From contig NZ_OY781470.1 of NCBI RefSeq assembly GCF_963676935.1, positions 1,210,680 through 1,274,679 on the forward strand: DNA of 64,000 nt. Direction: 5' to 3'. This DNA is from Halarcobacter sp. (lineage in GTDB: Bacteria; Campylobacterota; Campylobacteria; Campylobacterales; Arcobacteraceae). How positions within the stretch are numbered: position 1 is the first letter of the stretch; the number at the start of each line of letters is the position of its first letter. The position numbers and the translations under genes were made by a program. The notes below the pieces were generated by a model. The model did no database searches. It worked only from the letters and a program-made list of their open reading frames with translations, and was not told the DNA's origin. Positions 49,901 through 59,630 of this stretch are shown here, piece by piece.

Positions 49901-50656
49901 ATGACAATGAATCAAGTAATTAAACAACTAAGTTCAAGAAAATCTATAAGACAATTTACAGGTGAAAGCGTAAAAGAAGAAGATCTTGAACTCATTATAA
50001 AAACAGCACAAAGATGTCCAACTTCTATAAATGGACAACAAATATCTTTAGTATATACAAGAGATAAAGATAAAATAAAACAAATAGCAGAATTTTGTGG
50101 TGGACAACAACAAGTTGCAACTGCAGATGTATTTATTTTTATATGTGTTGACTTTAATAGAACTATTTTTGCCGTTGAGCAAACTGGAGAAGAGCATCAA
50201 ATTGACAAATCAGCTGAGGGTGTACTTGTAGGTGCTGTTGATGCTGGAATTATGTTAAATGCGATACAAATAAGTGCAGAATCATTAGGATACGGTACAA
50301 CTGCCATTGGTGCTGTTAGAAACGAACCAGCTGCTATAATTGAGTTATTAGGACTTCCTCCAAAAACATTTCCAATCGTGGGAACTACTATTGGCGTACC
50401 TACAAAAGAAGCCGAAGATGCTCCTTTGAAACCTAGAATTCCAATTGAAAGCTTTGCATTTGAAGATAAATATGATGATAAAAAAGTAAAAGATGGTGTT
50501 TTATTATATGAAAAACAGATGAAAAAATTCAGAGTTGATAATAATATGAACTATTTACAATCATATTGCGAACAAACTGCAAGTTATTATAAAAATATCT
50601 ATTTTAGGAAAATTGAAGAAAACTATACAAAACAAGGTTTCAAATTTATTGATTAA
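49901..50656 (+). CDS. NfsA/Frp-family NADPH-dependent nitroreductase
   Basis: RKSIRQF, PTSINGQ, GAVDAG, AESLGYG, IGAVRN, KPR.P. Confidence 0.88.
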   Translation: MTMNQVIKQLSSRKSIRQFTGESVKEEDLELIIKTAQRCPTSINGQQISLVYTRDKDKIKQIAEFCGGQQQVATADVFIFICVDFNRTIFAVEQTGEEHQIDKSAEGVLVGAVDAGIMLNAIQISAESLGYGTTAIGAVRNEPAAIIELLGLPPKTFPIVGTTIGVPTKEAEDAPLKPRIPIESFAFEDKYDDKKVKDGVLLYEKQMKKFRVDNNMNYLQSYCEQTASYYKNIYFRKIEENYTKQGFKFID

Positions 50657-50666
50657 AGGATAATTA

Positions 50667-50963
50667 TTGAAAAATGTAATTGTAGTAGCTAATATTACTA
50701 TAAAAGAGGAATTTACTAATGAAGTTTATAAAGCATTAGTTGAACTTCATGAAAAAACAAATAAATATGATGAAGGTTGTATCTCTTATGAATTACACAA
50801 GGAGTTAGGAAAAGATAACTCATTTACTTTTATAGAGATTTGGGAAAATAAGGAGTTTTTAAAAAATCATACTCAAAAAGAACATTTTTTAAAGTTTTCT
50901 AATTTTATTGATGGCAAAGTATTTTCAATGAATGTACAGAAATTAGAAAAAATCAAATTTTAA
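50667..50963 (+). CDS. Putative quinol monooxygenase (YgiN/ABM family)
   Basis: DEGCISYELH, FIEIW, H...EHF; TTG start. Confidence 0.85.
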   Translation: MKNVIVVANITIKEEFTNEVYKALVELHEKTNKYDEGCISYELHKELGKDNSFTFIEIWENKEFLKNHTQKEHFLKFSNFIDGKVFSMNVQKLEKIKF

Positions 50964-50973
50964 AAGGATTAAT

Positions 50974-51603
50974 ATGGAAAAAACATTTATGGAAGCTATG
51001 GATTTTAGACATGCTTGTAAAGCATTTGATGAAACAAAAAAAATTTCTGATGAGGATATGACTTATATTCTTGAAACAGGTAGAAAATCACCTTCATCTT
51101 TTGGTATGGAACCTTGGAAGTTTTTAGTTATCACAAATGAAGAATTAAAAGCAAAACTTAGACCTGCTTGCTGGGATCAAGTACAAATAACATCTTGTTC
51201 ACATTTAGTAATTATTTTAGCTGCTATTGATGCTGTTAAGCCTGAATCAGGAGTTCCTAGAAAAAAATTTGGAAGACGTGAAATGCCAGAAGAAAAATAT
51301 GAGTTTTATTTAAATCTATATGCAAATCATTTAGCCCAAACATTAAGTAGCAATGAAAATATTTATTCATGGACAGCTAGACAAACTTATATTGCTGCTG
51401 GAAATATGATGACAGCTGCTGCTATAAAAGGAATTGATTCTTGTCCTATTGAAGGTTTTGAAAAAGAAAAAGTTGAAGAGATTTTAGGCTTAGATACAAC
51501 AAAATATCAATTGTCATTAGTTCTTCCTTTTGGATATAGAGTTAATCCACAATCTGAACAACAAAGAGATAAACTAGAGGATGTTGTAGAGTATATTAAA
51601 TAG
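50974..51603 (+). CDS. NfsB/RdxA-type nitroreductase
   Basis: RHACKAFD, SPSSFGMEPWKF, IDSCPIEGF. Confidence 0.9.
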   Translation: MEKTFMEAMDFRHACKAFDETKKISDEDMTYILETGRKSPSSFGMEPWKFLVITNEELKAKLRPACWDQVQITSCSHLVIILAAIDAVKPESGVPRKKFGRREMPEEKYEFYLNLYANHLAQTLSSNENIYSWTARQTYIAAGNMMTAAAIKGIDSCPIEGFEKEKVEEILGLDTTKYQLSLVLPFGYRVNPQSEQQRDKLEDVVEYIK

Positions 51604-51615
51604 ATAGGAGTTACA

Positions 51616-52647
51616 ATGAGTAAACTTTTAAATAGTGGCAGTATTGGAACTTGTCACTTAAAAAATAAAGTTATAATGGCTCCTATGTGTATGTACAAAA
51701 GTGATGAAAGTGGAGAGGTAAAAGCTTTTCACTTTTCTCATTATACAGCAAGAGCAATTGGTGGTGTTGGTTTAATTATTATTGAAGCAACTGCAGTTGA
51801 ACCTAAAGGTAGAATCTCAAATAATGATTTAGGGCTTTGGGATGATTCACAAAAATACAGCCATAAAAAACTTGTAGATAGTGTGCATAGTTTTGATTCA
51901 AAAATTGCAATCCAGTTAGCCCATGCTGGAAGAAAAAGTATAGTAAAATCTTCAATTCCTGTTGCTCCATCATCTATAGCATTTGATGAAACAGAACCTT
52001 TCAAAATACCTCAAGAATTAGATATCAATGAAATTGAACAAATAAAAAAATATTTTTTAGATGCTGGGAAAAGAGCAAAAGAAGTTGGATATGATACTTT
52101 AGAACTTCATGCAGCCCATGGATATTTACTTTGTGAGTTTTTATCCCCTTTAACAAATAAAAGAGATGATATATATGGTGGAAGTTTAGAAAATAGATGT
52201 AGACTTACACTTGAAATTGCTAAGTTATTAAAAGAAGAACTTTCTTTGCCATTAATAGTTAGAATCTCTGCTAGTGAATGGCAAACTGATGGCTGGAATA
52301 TTAAGGATTCAATCTATTTATCTAAAGAGTTAGAAAAAGTTGGAGTTGATTCTATTCATGTATCTGCTGGAGGAAATCTAAAAGAACCTGATATGATGCC
52401 TAAACTTGTTCCTTTGTATCAATGTGATTATGCAAAAGAGATAAAAACTAATATTAATATTCCTGTGATTGCTGTTGGACTTATTACTACAGCAAAACAA
52501 GGTGAGTTATTGTTAGAAGAGGGTACTTGTGATTTTGTTGCTTATGGTAGAGAACTACTTAGAGATTCAAATTTTGTTTTTAAAGCTGCTAAAGAGTTTA
52601 ATAAAAAGGATTTAATAGATAAATCTTATTTGAGAGCTTATTTATAA
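51616..52647 (+). CDS. NADH:flavin oxidoreductase (old yellow enzyme, NamA/YqjM-like)
   Basis: MAPMCMY, IQLAHAGRK, HAAHGYLL.EFLSP..NKRDD.YGGSLENR. Confidence 0.92.
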   Translation: MSKLLNSGSIGTCHLKNKVIMAPMCMYKSDESGEVKAFHFSHYTARAIGGVGLIIIEATAVEPKGRISNNDLGLWDDSQKYSHKKLVDSVHSFDSKIAIQLAHAGRKSIVKSSIPVAPSSIAFDETEPFKIPQELDINEIEQIKKYFLDAGKRAKEVGYDTLELHAAHGYLLCEFLSPLTNKRDDIYGGSLENRCRLTLEIAKLLKEELSLPLIVRISASEWQTDGWNIKDSIYLSKELEKVGVDSIHVSAGGNLKEPDMMPKLVPLYQCDYAKEIKTNINIPVIAVGLITTAKQGELLLEEGTCDFVAYGRELLRDSNFVFKAAKEFNKKDLIDKSYLRAYL

Positions 52648-52662
52648 TTATGCAGATTAATT

Positions 52663-53895
52663 TTAATCTGCATAAGAACGAGTTTTTTTATAAATTAAAG
52701 TTATTATAATAAGAATAAATAAAAAAGCTCCAACCACTTCAAAAAAGTTTTGAACCCCAACTATAGTAATTAAAGGATGAAATACAATTGGAGAGAAAAA
52801 TTGACCTAAAAATAATGAGCCAGTGAGATAACCTGAAGCTTTAACTCTTTTTTCAAAAGTTGTACAACTTAGCATCCAAGCCGTTATGTTAGTCATCATT
52901 ACTCCTCCACCAAAACCTAAGATAGGGGCAGTTAGATAAAAAAGATATATATTTTTAACTAATCCAATACCTGTAAATCCTATAGCAACAATACATAAAC
53001 CTATGATGTAGATTGTTGAAAAATTATATTTCTTCTTTAGTTTTGAAAATGTAATTGCACCTAGAGCATTTGACAAAAATGCTAATGCTATTATAGAACC
53101 AGTCATTTTACCAGTACCACCAAAATGATCAATTATCAAAAAAGGCATTTGTGTTGGTAGTACAAAAAATATTAACATATAAAAAAATCCTAGAAAATAT
53201 ATACCTAAGAGTTTTTTAGGAAGAGTTATTGATATCTCAGTTTGTATCTCAATTTTATTAGGTACTTCATAAAGAAAAAATAAGACCATTGGTAAAAGAA
53301 TTAAACCTATTAAATATATACCAAAAGGGAATCTCCAATTTATATCAGATAGAAATCCACCACCAAAAACAAAAAAGATACCACCAATTGCTATAAAGGC
53401 ACTTTGGTATCCCATAAATTTATGTCTTTGTTCATCTTTAAAATAATCTCCAACTAATGAAGTTGAAACAATCATTAGTGTTGATACCGCTATACCAAAA
53501 ACAGATCTTGATATAAGAAACTCTTCAATTGTTTCCAAATATAAGCCTGCACTTCCTGCAATAGCAAAAATAAGTAATGCTATAATTGCGGATTTTTTCT
53601 TTCCAAATTTAAAAATAAGATGTCCCATAAATGGAGCAAGAAAAGCTATTACAAGTGATGGTAAAGTTAAAATCAATCTTGAATAAAATTCGATATTATC
53701 AACGTTTGAAAAATAGTTTTGAAGTCTAGGTAGGGTTGTAACTATGGCAACATTTGACATCATTGTTGTCATAGATAATAATAGTAATGTAAGAATTGCG
53801 CTTTTTTTGATTTTATATTCCTTAGTTAATTTTGTAAATTTTATTTTACCAGAATATCTTTTATATGTTATTTCATTTCTTATGATATAATTCAC
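52663..53895 (-). CDS. MFS transporter
   Basis: About 12 TM, LILTLPSL, GDYF motif; true start may be downstream. Confidence 0.85.
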   Translation of the reverse strand: MNYIIRNEITYKRYSGKIKFTKLTKEYKIKKSAILTLLLLSMTTMMSNVAIVTTLPRLQNYFSNVDNIEFYSRLILTLPSLVIAFLAPFMGHLIFKFGKKKSAIIALLIFAIAGSAGLYLETIEEFLISRSVFGIAVSTLMIVSTSLVGDYFKDEQRHKFMGYQSAFIAIGGIFFVFGGGFLSDINWRFPFGIYLIGLILLPMVLFFLYEVPNKIEIQTEISITLPKKLLGIYFLGFFYMLIFFVLPTQMPFLIIDHFGGTGKMTGSIIALAFLSNALGAITFSKLKKKYNFSTIYIIGLCIVAIGFTGIGLVKNIYLFYLTAPILGFGGGVMMTNITAWMLSCTTFEKRVKASGYLTGSLFLGQFFSPIVFHPLITIVGVQNFFEVVGAFLFILIIITLIYKKTRSYAD

Positions 53896-53914
53896 TTTAT
53901 TTATTAAAAGGTAT

Positions 53915-55384
53915 GTGCGTTATATGATTGAATCAGAAGTTAAAACTCAAAAATTTATTGTTAAATATTTTCCAGAAATTATGATTAAAGGAACAAAAGC
54001 AAAAAGGCAAATGATAGACCAACTTTTTGCAAACTTAAAAAAGATTTTAGGAAGAATATCTGAAGAGATTGAGTATAAAAAACTTTTTGACAAAATAGAA
54101 GTTGTTTGTCCTATAGATGTAGTTGTTGAAGTTAGACAAAAGTTACTAGAAACATCTGGGATAGAAGTTGTTCTTGAAGCTATACAAATAGACAATGTTA
54201 CTACTTTAGATGAGATGAAAGTAATTATAAATGAGAAAATGTCTCATGTTATTCAAGATAAAACATTTGTTGTAAGAGCAAAAAGAACAGGTCAGCAGGA
54301 GTTTAAATCAACTGATATTGAAAGAACAGTTGGAGGTTATATGCTTGCAAATAATCCTTCTAGTAAAGTTGATTTAAGAAATCCAGAAGTTAAGATAAAT
54401 GTAGAATTAGTTCATAAACAATTAAATATCATTACAAATAAATACCAAGGTGTTTCTGGCTTCCCATTGGGTACACAAGGGGATATCTTGTCTTTAATGT
54501 CTGGTGGGTTTGATTCAACAGTTGCAAGTTATCTTACTATGAAAAGAGGGATAAAAACACACTTTATATTTTTTAATTTAGGTGGTGTTGCCCATGAAAT
54601 TGGTGTAAAACAAGTAGCTTTCTATCTTTGGAATAAATTTGGTTCTTCACACAGAGTTACTTTTACTTCAATCCCTTTTGAGGATGTTGTTACAGAGATA
54701 TTTAATTCAACTTCACAATCATATATGGGAGTTACTTTAAAAAGACTTATGTTAATGGCTTCTGAAAAAGTTGCAAATAATTTAGGTATTGATGCTTTAT
54801 TAACAGGGGAGAGTGTAGCACAAGTTTCAAGTCAAACATTAAGAAACCTTGCTTTAATTGACCAAGTTACAAATAAACTTGTTTTAAGACCACTTTCTAC
54901 TATGAATAAGCCACAAATTATTGATATAGCAAATGAAATTGGTACAAGAAAATTTGCAGAAGCGATGCCTGAGTATTGTGGTGTAATTTCACAAAATCCA
55001 GTAACGCATGGTTCTTTTGACAGAATGGAAAAAGAAGCTAAAAAATTTAACTATGAAGTTTTAGATAAAGCAGTTGAAAATGCAATACAAATCAATGTAG
55101 ATGAAATTGTTGCTGATGTAAATGATATTGGTGAAGTAGAAGTTGTAAATAATATCTCAAGTGGTAACTATACAGTAATTGATATTCGGCAAAATGATGA
55201 ATGTATTGAAACATCTTGTGAAACACTAAAAATTCCATTTTATAAACTTAAATCAGAATTTGAAAAGTTACCACAAAATAAAGAGTATCTTTTTTATTGT
55301 GAAAAAGGTATATTAAGTCAATTGCATGCACAATATCTTATAGACTCTAAAGGGTATAAAAATATAAGGGTTTATAGACCATAA
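53915..55384 (+). CDS. thiI: tRNA 4-thiouridine synthase ThiI with C-terminal rhodanese-like domain
   Basis: THUMP domain, LMSGGFDS, TGESVAQVSSQT, PEYCG, FYCEKG; start uncertain. Confidence 0.93.
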   Translation: MRYMIESEVKTQKFIVKYFPEIMIKGTKAKRQMIDQLFANLKKILGRISEEIEYKKLFDKIEVVCPIDVVVEVRQKLLETSGIEVVLEAIQIDNVTTLDEMKVIINEKMSHVIQDKTFVVRAKRTGQQEFKSTDIERTVGGYMLANNPSSKVDLRNPEVKINVELVHKQLNIITNKYQGVSGFPLGTQGDILSLMSGGFDSTVASYLTMKRGIKTHFIFFNLGGVAHEIGVKQVAFYLWNKFGSSHRVTFTSIPFEDVVTEIFNSTSQSYMGVTLKRLMLMASEKVANNLGIDALLTGESVAQVSSQTLRNLALIDQVTNKLVLRPLSTMNKPQIIDIANEIGTRKFAEAMPEYCGVISQNPVTHGSFDRMEKEAKKFNYEVLDKAVENAIQINVDEIVADVNDIGEVEVVNNISSGNYTVIDIRQNDECIETSCETLKIPFYKLKSEFEKLPQNKEYLFYCEKGILSQLHAQYLIDSKGYKNIRVYRP

Positions 55385-55430
55385 TCTATTAACCTTTATT
55401 TTCCTTTTTAGAGTATTTTATTAATAATTT

Positions 55431-56495
55431 ATGGAGGAAAAAATGCCTACTTTCAGTAATCAGAAAATGAATAATTCACCAAGGTTTTTGGTGATTTTAT
55501 CTTTACCTATTTTTTTATTTATATTTATTCTTTTAGGTTTTTTACAAATAATACCTTTAAAAGTTGAGATCCACTCTCTTATAATTATTTTTCTAATCCT
55601 TTTTATTTTTATGTTTTTTATTTCACACAATGCCTGGTATTCTTTTGCACTTTTTAGAAATAAGATTTTAGAAAATAATGAAGAATTAGATTCTTATTTA
55701 AACCAAAGAGAGATAACATTTAATGGGAAAACTAAGTCTTATGCATCTTTAGATGATTATTTTGAAAAGTTTTTATTAGGTTTACGAAATGACAATTTTG
55801 CAAATGTTGCTTCATCTATCTTCCCAACTTTGGGTATTTTAGGAACTTTTACAGCAATAGCTATATCTATGCCAGATTTTACAGTGGATTCAAAACAAGC
55901 TTTGGAAAATGAGATTACTATTTTACTAAGTGGTGTAGGTACTGCATTTTATGCATCAATTTATGGGATATTTTTATCAATTTGGTGGATTTTTTTTGAG
56001 AAAAGGGGATTAACAAAAATTGAATATGAAATTAATAGTATAAAAAGTTCTTATAAAGATAGAATTTGGAGCAAAGATGAAATTGAACTATTAAAGTTAT
56101 CGCAAGGGAACCAAAATACTATTTTAGAAAAAGTACAAGAGATATTAACTCCTGATTATATATTTAAAATGGATGAATTAGTTAAAAAGAAATTAGAATA
56201 TTTAGATGATATAAATAGAGCTTTTTTATCTATAGAAAATAAAATATCAACAAATTATATAAACCTTTCATCAATGTTTGAAAAAAGTTCACAAAAGCAA
56301 GAGAATATTTTAGAAAGTTTTGAAGAGATTGAAAAAAGTATTAAAAAGATTAGTTATGAGTATGAAAAGAGTTTAGAAAAACAAAATCTAAATGATAAAG
56401 CAGTAAAAGCTGAGATTTACTCTGTGTTATCCTCTTTTCAATTAGTTTCAAACGATTTAAAAGAATTGGGTAAAGATTTAATAAATGCAAAATAA
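55431..56495 (+). CDS. MotA/TolQ/ExbB-family protein with long helical tail (ZorA-like)
   Basis: FPTLGILGTF and TAFYASIYGIFLS channel helices; about 165-aa helical C-terminal tail. Confidence 0.8.
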   Translation: MEEKMPTFSNQKMNNSPRFLVILSLPIFLFIFILLGFLQIIPLKVEIHSLIIIFLILFIFMFFISHNAWYSFALFRNKILENNEELDSYLNQREITFNGKTKSYASLDDYFEKFLLGLRNDNFANVASSIFPTLGILGTFTAIAISMPDFTVDSKQALENEITILLSGVGTAFYASIYGIFLSIWWIFFEKRGLTKIEYEINSIKSSYKDRIWSKDEIELLKLSQGNQNTILEKVQEILTPDYIFKMDELVKKKLEYLDDINRAFLSIENKISTNYINLSSMFEKSSQKQENILESFEEIEKSIKKISYEYEKSLEKQNLNDKAVKAEIYSVLSSFQLVSNDLKELGKDLINAK

Positions 56496-57684
56496 AAACA
56501 ATAATAATACAAATTTTTGGATATCTTATGCTGACTTAATGGCAGGATTACTTTTTGTATTTATTCTTTTAATTGGAGCTATTATTGTTAAATATACTTT
56601 GCTTCAAAGTGAGAGTAATCTTCTTGAAAAGACTTTAGAAAAAGAGAAAATTGCACTAGAAAAAAACAAAAAAGAATTAGAACAAAAAGAGATGAAACTA
56701 AAAAATATAATCTTGGAGTTAAAAGATACCAAAAATTCTAATAGTGATCTAGAAAAGAGATTAAAAGAGAGAATTTTAGAAAATGAACAATTAAAATTAA
56801 CTGTACAAGAGAAGCAAAAGTTACTTGAAGAGAATAAAGACAAGTTAGAGTTGTCAATATTATCAAAAAAAGAGATAGAAGAAAAATTAAATAGTTTAGA
56901 TAAAGAGAAACAAAAATTATTGTTAAAATTAAGTGATTTAAAACAAACATTAGTTTTAAAAGATGAAGAGTTTGAAAAACTATCAACTAAGTCAAAAGAA
57001 GAGTTAGAAGAGATGGTTTCTAAAAATTTGGAGATTAGTAAATTAGTTGAATTATTTAAAAAGAAAAATCAAGAGCTTGAAGATGAGATGAAAGTTATTC
57101 AAACAAAACTTGATAATACTCAAAATGAGCATGATATTTTAGCAAAAGAGTTAGAGAGTACAAAAACTAAAATAAAAAACTTAACGGGTATTAAAATAAA
57201 AGTTATAACTCTTTTAAAAGAAAAATTGGGAAAAAACATAAATATTGACCCAAAAAGTGGAAACTTGAGTTTATCTTCAAATGTATTATTTGATGAAGGA
57301 AAGTCAGAATTAAAGCCAAGTTCACAAACTTTTTTAAAAAATGCAATTTATGACTACTTTCAAACTATTTTAGAAAATGATGAGATAAATAAATATATTG
57401 ATACTATAGCAATAGAAGGGCATACAAACTCTGTTGGAGGATTCTTGTATAATTTGGATCTTTCTCAAAAAAGAGCATTCTCTGTAATGGATTATCTTCT
57501 TTCCCTTGATTTTAAAAACAAAGAAAAACTAAGACAATTGGTAGTTGCAAGTGGAAGGTCATATTTAGATTTAATCTATGACAAAGATGGCAAAGAGGAT
57601 AAAGAAGCTTCACGAAGAATAGAGATTAAATTAAATATTAAAAATGAAGAGGCTATAAAAGAGATAGCAAATATCTTAAAGTAG
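56485..57684 (+). CDS. MotB/OmpA-family protein with coiled-coil stalk (ZorB-like)
   Basis: FWISYADLMAGLL TM with conserved Asp; about 200-aa coiled coil; IEGHTN, LSQKRA, SRRIEI OmpA domain. Confidence 0.85.
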   Translation: MQNKNNNNTNFWISYADLMAGLLFVFILLIGAIIVKYTLLQSESNLLEKTLEKEKIALEKNKKELEQKEMKLKNIILELKDTKNSNSDLEKRLKERILENEQLKLTVQEKQKLLEENKDKLELSILSKKEIEEKLNSLDKEKQKLLLKLSDLKQTLVLKDEEFEKLSTKSKEELEEMVSKNLEISKLVELFKKKNQELEDEMKVIQTKLDNTQNEHDILAKELESTKTKIKNLTGIKIKVITLLKEKLGKNINIDPKSGNLSLSSNVLFDEGKSELKPSSQTFLKNAIYDYFQTILENDEINKYIDTIAIEGHTNSVGGFLYNLDLSQKRAFSVMDYLLSLDFKNKEKLRQLVVASGRSYLDLIYDKDGKEDKEASRRIEIKLNIKNEEAIKEIANILK

Positions 57685-57692
57685 ATATTGCT

Positions 57693-57715
57693 GAGACTGT
57701 TCAGAGTTTTGTGTC
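57693..57715 (+). mobile_element. Isolated IS256-like terminal inverted repeat
   Basis: GAGACTGTTCAGAGTTTTGTGTC resembles 14539-14561; no transposase follows. Confidence 0.45.
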
Positions 57716-57902
57716 AAAGTTCGATAATTTTTAGAATTTTAGTATAGTTAATTTTACTTAGCCAAATTTGTCTAAAATCTACAGGTTATTGAACTTATTT
57801 TTCTTTAACCCCTTTTCTCTTAATAGTTCAAATTAACTAATTTTAGAAATAAAGAAGTAGCAATATAGCTTTGAACTATAAACCACTTCAATTTTATTAA
57901 TA

Positions 57903-58751
57903 TTAAAATTTATAAGTTAAAGACAAAGTTACAACTTTTGTATCTACATCATCTCTATTTTCAGGTAGTTCTTTTCCATTTTGAAAGGAGTATTTAGCCA
58001 TAATATCAAAATCTTTAAATCTCTTTCCAAAACTTAACATATATGTTTTATCTTGTTCCATTGCATGGTGTTGAACTTTTACACCATTATCAAGAACTGT
58101 AAATGCTCTTTTCCCAAAAAATACACCAAGTCCTGCTACATAACCATTGTAATTTGCTCCAAGTTTTAAACCTGTAGTAAAGTAGTCTTTATCTTTAAAA
58201 GTATATCCACCATATTTGATACCATCAATATCTATTTTTTTAGCAATTACAGTTGTTTTTAGTTTTAAATTATCAATTTTAAAACCTTTTGAAAGGATAA
58301 AATCATATTGGTTTACATCAAAAGTTTCATAATCACTTTTATAAATATTTAATCCTGCTGTTAATCCTTTTAGAATAGTATAATCTCCACCAAGACCATA
58401 AACTTTTCCTTGATCTGTTGGAGCTAAATTATCAATAATCTTTATATAACTAACTTTCAAATTTGCTTTATCATTTATTTTATATGTATATTTTGCACTA
58501 TATTTTTCAACATCAAGAGATGGAAGGTTTGCTTTTGTGATAGAGTGTTGTCTATCTACATTATCTCCTTGATAACCTAAGCTAATCATATGATTAGATA
58601 TCTTATGTGAAATTCCTATATATTGTACTTTTCCATCTATTTTAGTCATAGAATTGCTATAATCTTTTACTCCATATTCATATGTGATATTTGTATTTTG
58701 TGCGTATAATAATCCACTTAAAACTATTGACCCAACTAATATTTTTTTCAA
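57903..58751 (-). CDS. Outer-membrane beta-barrel protein
   Basis: TTG at 58751 behind AAGGAAAG gives signal peptide MKKILVGSIVLSGLLYA; alternating beta strands; ends TLSLTYKF. Confidence 0.78.
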   Translation of the reverse strand: MKKILVGSIVLSGLLYAQNTNITYEYGVKDYSNSMTKIDGKVQYIGISHKISNHMISLGYQGDNVDRQHSITKANLPSLDVEKYSAKYTYKINDKANLKVSYIKIIDNLAPTDQGKVYGLGGDYTILKGLTAGLNIYKSDYETFDVNQYDFILSKGFKIDNLKLKTTVIAKKIDIDGIKYGGYTFKDKDYFTTGLKLGANYNGYVAGLGVFFGKRAFTVLDNGVKVQHHAMEQDKTYMLSFGKRFKDFDIMAKYSFQNGKELPENRDDVDTKVVTLSLTYKF

Positions 58752-58764
58752 TTCTTTCCTTTGG

Positions 58765-59008
58765 TGCAACTAAGTTGCATTTAATTTTTGAAATTATAAT
58801 ATAAGAAAATTAAATAAAACTTATGAATATCATTATAATTTAAACTTATAATATTACTTTTAATTAGAGATTTCATGAAGATGAGTTAAGTAAATAATAT
58901 TAATCAAATTCTTAAATCTTAAATAAAACACTACAAAGAAAACCAATTATGCAACTAAGTTGCACTTAATAATTATCTGATAAAATTCTTAATTGTAATT
59001 AAGTTGCA
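58765..59008. promoter_or_regulatory. Three TGCAAC-N3-GTTGCA boxes in a divergent promoter (Zur-like)
   Basis: Identical TGCAACTAAGTTGCA at 58765-58779 and 58950-58964; TGTAATTAAGTTGCA at 58994-59008. Confidence 0.7.
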
Positions 59009-59099
59009 TAGTTTTTGCAAAAGGATAAGCAAATAGAAGTTGTTATGATGGGTCAAAACAATCTTAAAAAAAGTTCTTTGGATATAAAAAGGAAAGATA

Positions 59100-59372
59100 A
59101 TGTCAAATTGCCTTTACTGTGGTAAAAAAATACCTATGAATAAAGCTTTTTGTTCTAAAAGCTGTAAAGAAAACTATTTTCAAATGCTTGCAATACAAAT
59201 TCCTAAACCATTTTTAAAGAGAATATTTATATTTTGCACTTTGGAATAAAGAGAAATAGAGATTGAGAATTTTGCCAAAAGACATAATTGGGAGCATGAA
59301 CTTGTTAAAAAGAAAATTGAGGATGAATCAATTAAATTTGGCTATGACAAACAACTAAAAATAAGGAGATAA
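59100..59372 (+). pseudogene. Small Zn-ribbon protein (DUF2116-like) with internal nonsense codon
   Basis: MSNCLYCGKKIPMNKAFCSKSCKENYF...FCTLE*REIEIENFAKRH...; TAA at 59247-59249; frame stays open to 59372, abutting the next GTG. Confidence 0.72.
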
Positions 59373-59630
59373 GTGAAAAATATAAAAGTAGAATTAGAAA
59401 GTATAATATTTAATGTAATGCTACCAGAATCACAAGTTTTTTTAGATGAATTAAATGAAGAAATAGAAAAAGGAAATGACGAAGAAGAGATTATTGAAGC
59501 AAAAAAAGATATTGTATCTTTTATTGAAGAATTAAATCAAGTTTTAAAACTGATTGAAGAAAAAAAACTATCAAATAAAGATGCAAAAGATATGTATAAA
59601 AAAATAAGGAATATGCTTGGTGAACATTAA
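59373..59630 (+). CDS. Small acidic hypothetical protein
   Basis: 85 aa, GTG start behind AAGGAG. Confidence 0.7.
   Translation: MKNIKVELESIIFNVMLPESQVFLDELNEEIEKGNDEEEIIEAKKDIVSFIEELNQVLKLIEEKKLSNKDAKDMYKKIRNMLGEH

Noticed and set aside
55431-57684. Calling this a complete Zorya system or the flagellar stator
   Set aside because: No ZorC/D/E neighbours; the long tail and stalk and TM motif differ from flagellar MotAB. Reported only as ZorAB-like.
57903-58769. ORF-track start at 58769 for the beta-barrel gene
   Set aside because: It lies inside the operator palindrome with no RBS; TTG at 58751 has an RBS and yields a clean signal peptide.
59247-59249. Recoding (Sec/Pyl read-through) at the internal stop
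   Set aside because: The codon is TAA, not TGA or TAG, and there is no SECIS-like hairpin.
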